DNA of 35,937 nucleotides from Trypethelium eluteriae (lineage: Eukaryota): NCBI GenBank assembly GCA_051942245.1, contig JAVECL010000209.1, positions 1-35,937 on the forward strand. Reading direction: 5' to 3'. The translations under genes were made by a program, and so were the position numbers. The notes below the pieces were generated by a model. That model did no database searches and was not told the DNA's origin. It saw only the letters and a program-made list of their open reading frames with translations. Shown piece by piece: positions 33,308 to 35,937 of this stretch. Numbering within the stretch: position 1 is the first letter of the stretch; every line of letters begins with the position of its first letter.

Positions 33308-35245
33308 TCAATGACTTCCTTTGGACTGGATTATTCTGTTGGCTTGGACTATCCAATCATCAGCTGTCTGTCTCACTGACTTCCTCAATTCCCCTTCAAG
33401 TAGTCGAGCAATCTTATTTTCGACATCTTCATCCAAACATTTGCTGATCTCTCGTCCAATAATCGCCTCGTTCCTCGTGCTAGGTATCCTCAGCATCTCC
33501 TTTTCCGCAAAGTATCCCATATTTTCTGTCAAATTTGTAATGTACGAACACAAGGAAGCATAAGCTGAAGGCTGCTTATTCGCATCTTTTGGCTTCCCCA
33601 AGCTCCCATTCTTGGGCTGGTCGCACCGGTCTTCGATTTGAGTCTGAATAGAAGGCTCCTTAGTCTGACTTCTGAGCCCTGAGGCAGGAGCCCGAAAACG
33701 CGCTCCAGCCAAGTCATGGCTGCAACATGGAATTGCGATGAATGGAGATCGCGATAGCCGAGCTAATAATGGTGTCCACCCTGTGAGTTCGTCGGCATGG
33801 TTCGAGATGATAAAAGTCCCCTCCAAAAACACGCCATCATGGAATGGCAATTGTACACATGGATCATTCCCGTCTTCGATTTTTGTCGGTGCAGCATTGT
33901 TCTTTTCAAACCTCGCTTGCTGCAAGATCCGAGGAACTAAGACCCTCTCCTCCAATCTCTTCGTGACTTCCTCTGGGAAGCCATCCCAACTCTTCCTTCG
34001 CCTAGCATCGAAACCCCAGCCTTCCCATCCCTCGTGAATTAGCACATTAACCAGCACTCCATTCCCACACCCTATATCTACAAAACCCGGGAAGTTGCCC
34101 TTGCCTTTCCCGCTTTCCCCATCTCCATCAGTCCCATGGCCGTTTGCGTTCCTGGCCTTTTCCCCGTTCAGGGTCCCCTCAAGTTCTCGTTCTTGCAAAG
34201 AGTTCGCATACATGTCGTCCCAAAGACATGTTAGAAACGCTGCAATCCCCAGATCCTCAAAGACATGCTTTCGTAGGTCCGTCACCTCGGCCCATCCCTC
34301 GCACAAAGTCCGCGCATATTTGCTCTTCAACCGGGTATATTCATCCTGAAACCTTTTCTGTCCAATGATTTGGTCGTGATGAACGCGCTTTGTGTAGCCC
34401 TGCACATGGCCATGGCCATGTTTATGCAAAACCTGTAGGAGATTCCGGACTGTACGGTCAAGGCGGTTCGAATGTAGCTCAGTTTTGGAGAACGGGACAA
34501 TATGGATGGAGAGAGTACCAAATCCTGAAACACGTTGCTGAGACTTTGCATTTCGATCAGCGGGCAGAGTGCCGTCTGTCATAGAGTCCGAGGTCCATAA
34601 GGTTGATTCAACACCTGCATGCCACTCATGCAGAAATGCAATCGCGCGCACTGCTGGATGATAGAACGGCATCTCGTCTACTGTCTCGACATGCGGCACA
34701 TAGATCATCACCGTCTTCTCCCCCTCTTTCCCTCCTCTTGCTCCCCCACCTTCCTCCTCTTTCCCCCTTTCAAAACATCGAAATAAGTGACAACTCTGCA
34801 CCAGCTTTCTATCTACCTCTGGCTTCCGCGGTACCAACCCTCTCACCCACGTCCTCTCCCACTTCCATGCCTTGCCCAAAGCCTCGACGCCACCTACTCC
34901 CCCTAAAAGCCGCGGCCAGTACGTCTCCTGCATCCAGCGCACCCGCTCACTCAACTCCGTGCCGGTGGCTGCAGCTTCGACAGGCCAGGATGCGGTCTCA
35001 TCGGTCAGGGAGTCATAGTAGATGTCGGCACGAAAGAGATGCGAGGAGGTGATATTGGGGTTGCGGAGGAGATTGGTCATGACATGAGTGAAGGAGGATG
35101 GGGGAAAGGCAGTTGGAATAGATAGATGAGGACACCAAGGTGCGGAAAGGAGAGAGGGTGAAGGAACAGGTTGGAAGGGGGGGTAAGAGACAGGATTGGT
35201 GGAGAATGGCGTTGAGGACGAAGTAGATGACGGTGAAGATGGCAT
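33308..35245 (-). CDS. TRM44: tRNA(Ser) Um44 2'-O-methyltransferase, 645 aa
   Basis: Motifs GYTKRVHHD, KHVFEDLGIAAFL, FVDIGCGNGVL, ISNHADELT, IPCCSH and LRIPSTRN are characteristic of Trm44. Confidence 0.92.
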   Translation of the reverse strand: MPSSPSSTSSSTPFSTNPVSYPPFQPVPSPSLLSAPWCPHLSIPTAFPPSSFTHVMTNLLRNPNITSSHLFRADIYYDSLTDETASWPVEAAATGTELSERVRWMQETYWPRLLGGVGGVEALGKAWKWERTWVRGLVPRKPEVDRKLVQSCHLFRCFERGKEEEGGGARGGKEGEKTVMIYVPHVETVDEMPFYHPAVRAIAFLHEWHAGVESTLWTSDSMTDGTLPADRNAKSQQRVSGFGTLSIHIVPFSKTELHSNRLDRTVRNLLQVLHKHGHGHVQGYTKRVHHDQIIGQKRFQDEYTRLKSKYARTLCEGWAEVTDLRKHVFEDLGIAAFLTCLWDDMYANSLQERELEGTLNGEKARNANGHGTDGDGESGKGKGNFPGFVDIGCGNGVLVNVLIHEGWEGWGFDARRRKSWDGFPEEVTKRLEERVLVPRILQQARFEKNNAAPTKIEDGNDPCVQLPFHDGVFLEGTFIISNHADELTGWTPLLARLSRSPFIAIPCCSHDLAGARFRAPASGLRSQTKEPSIQTQIEDRCDQPKNGSLGKPKDANKQPSAYASLCSYITNLTENMGYFAEKEMLRIPSTRNEAIIGREISKCLDEDVENKIARLLEGELRKSVRQTADDWIVQANRIIQSKGSH

Positions 35246-35937
35246 GGTGGAAGCCGATTTTTCAGAGTCGATAGGTATAGGTCATACGCAGAAAAACAAT
35301 AGGGGAGAAATTAAATGAAAATTTTGTGACAGGAGATATCGTGCGTACGTGCTATGGACAAGAGAAAAGTTTGATGGGCTGAAAACTGCACTGGGCTGCA
35401 TCCGTTCCCAAAGCTGTAAGGAAGCTAGTGAACTCAGTCAAGATACTTCATCATATCCCTAATATCGAAATAGAGAAAAAGTGCTAAATTCATCTTGTGT
35501 TTCGAGGTCTGCAAAGTGTGAAATGGTGGACACAAAATCGACACCGCGGAACAACGATTACGGTTCAGGCGCCCTTATTCCCCACGAATGTTCAGGAAAT
35601 CGACGTACAAGGCCTTTCAATTACATTTTGAAAACACGACCAATTCAAGATTCTTGGCACAGTTTAAGATTCAATATATTCAAAGCTAGGTCCTATGCAG
35701 ACATGCCTCAGGATCCCCCACCTTCACAACACCATCGCTATGCAAAAGAAGTAGCAAGCAGCACTGCCCAGCAGCTGCTGAATACAGAAAAACCAACGGG
35801 TTCCCAATGAAGAAGAAAAAGAATCCCCGACATATTCCAAAGAGCGCGAAAGCTTCTTTTCCCATCCTAGTTCATGGGATTCCCAACCCAAAGAACCACC
35901 CACCCATTTTATGCATGCATGCCATCACACATTACCC

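Overview
Eukaryotic genomic DNA from a filamentous ascomycete (Pezizomycotina-type genes with short GT-AG introns and CTRAY branch sites). I hand-assembled 14 protein-coding genes: the 3' end of a PIR-repeat cell-wall protein, EGD1 (NAC beta), an SDR oxidoreductase, a metalloreductase, a Ctr copper transporter, a GPI-anchored BIM1/X325-like copper protein, two paralogous secreted subtilisins flanking an orphan O-methyltransferase, a DUF6536-like membrane protein, an RGS+3TM protein, GNA1, an AIF/AMID-like flavoprotein and TRM44. There are two highlights. (1) A candidate three-gene copper-acquisition cluster at 3740-9772: a Met-motif/Cys-cluster reductase and a Ctr transporter are transcribed divergently around a six-unit, 9-bp-periodic array of Mac1-like GCTCA sites, followed by a His-brace GPI-anchored BIM1-like gene. 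(2) A one-nucleotide exon at position 1576, needed to restore the conserved RIGGKGTP motif of EGD1. No tRNA, rRNA, CRISPR array or recognisable transposon was found. All gene models and family assignments come from reading motifs by eye; no database search was run.
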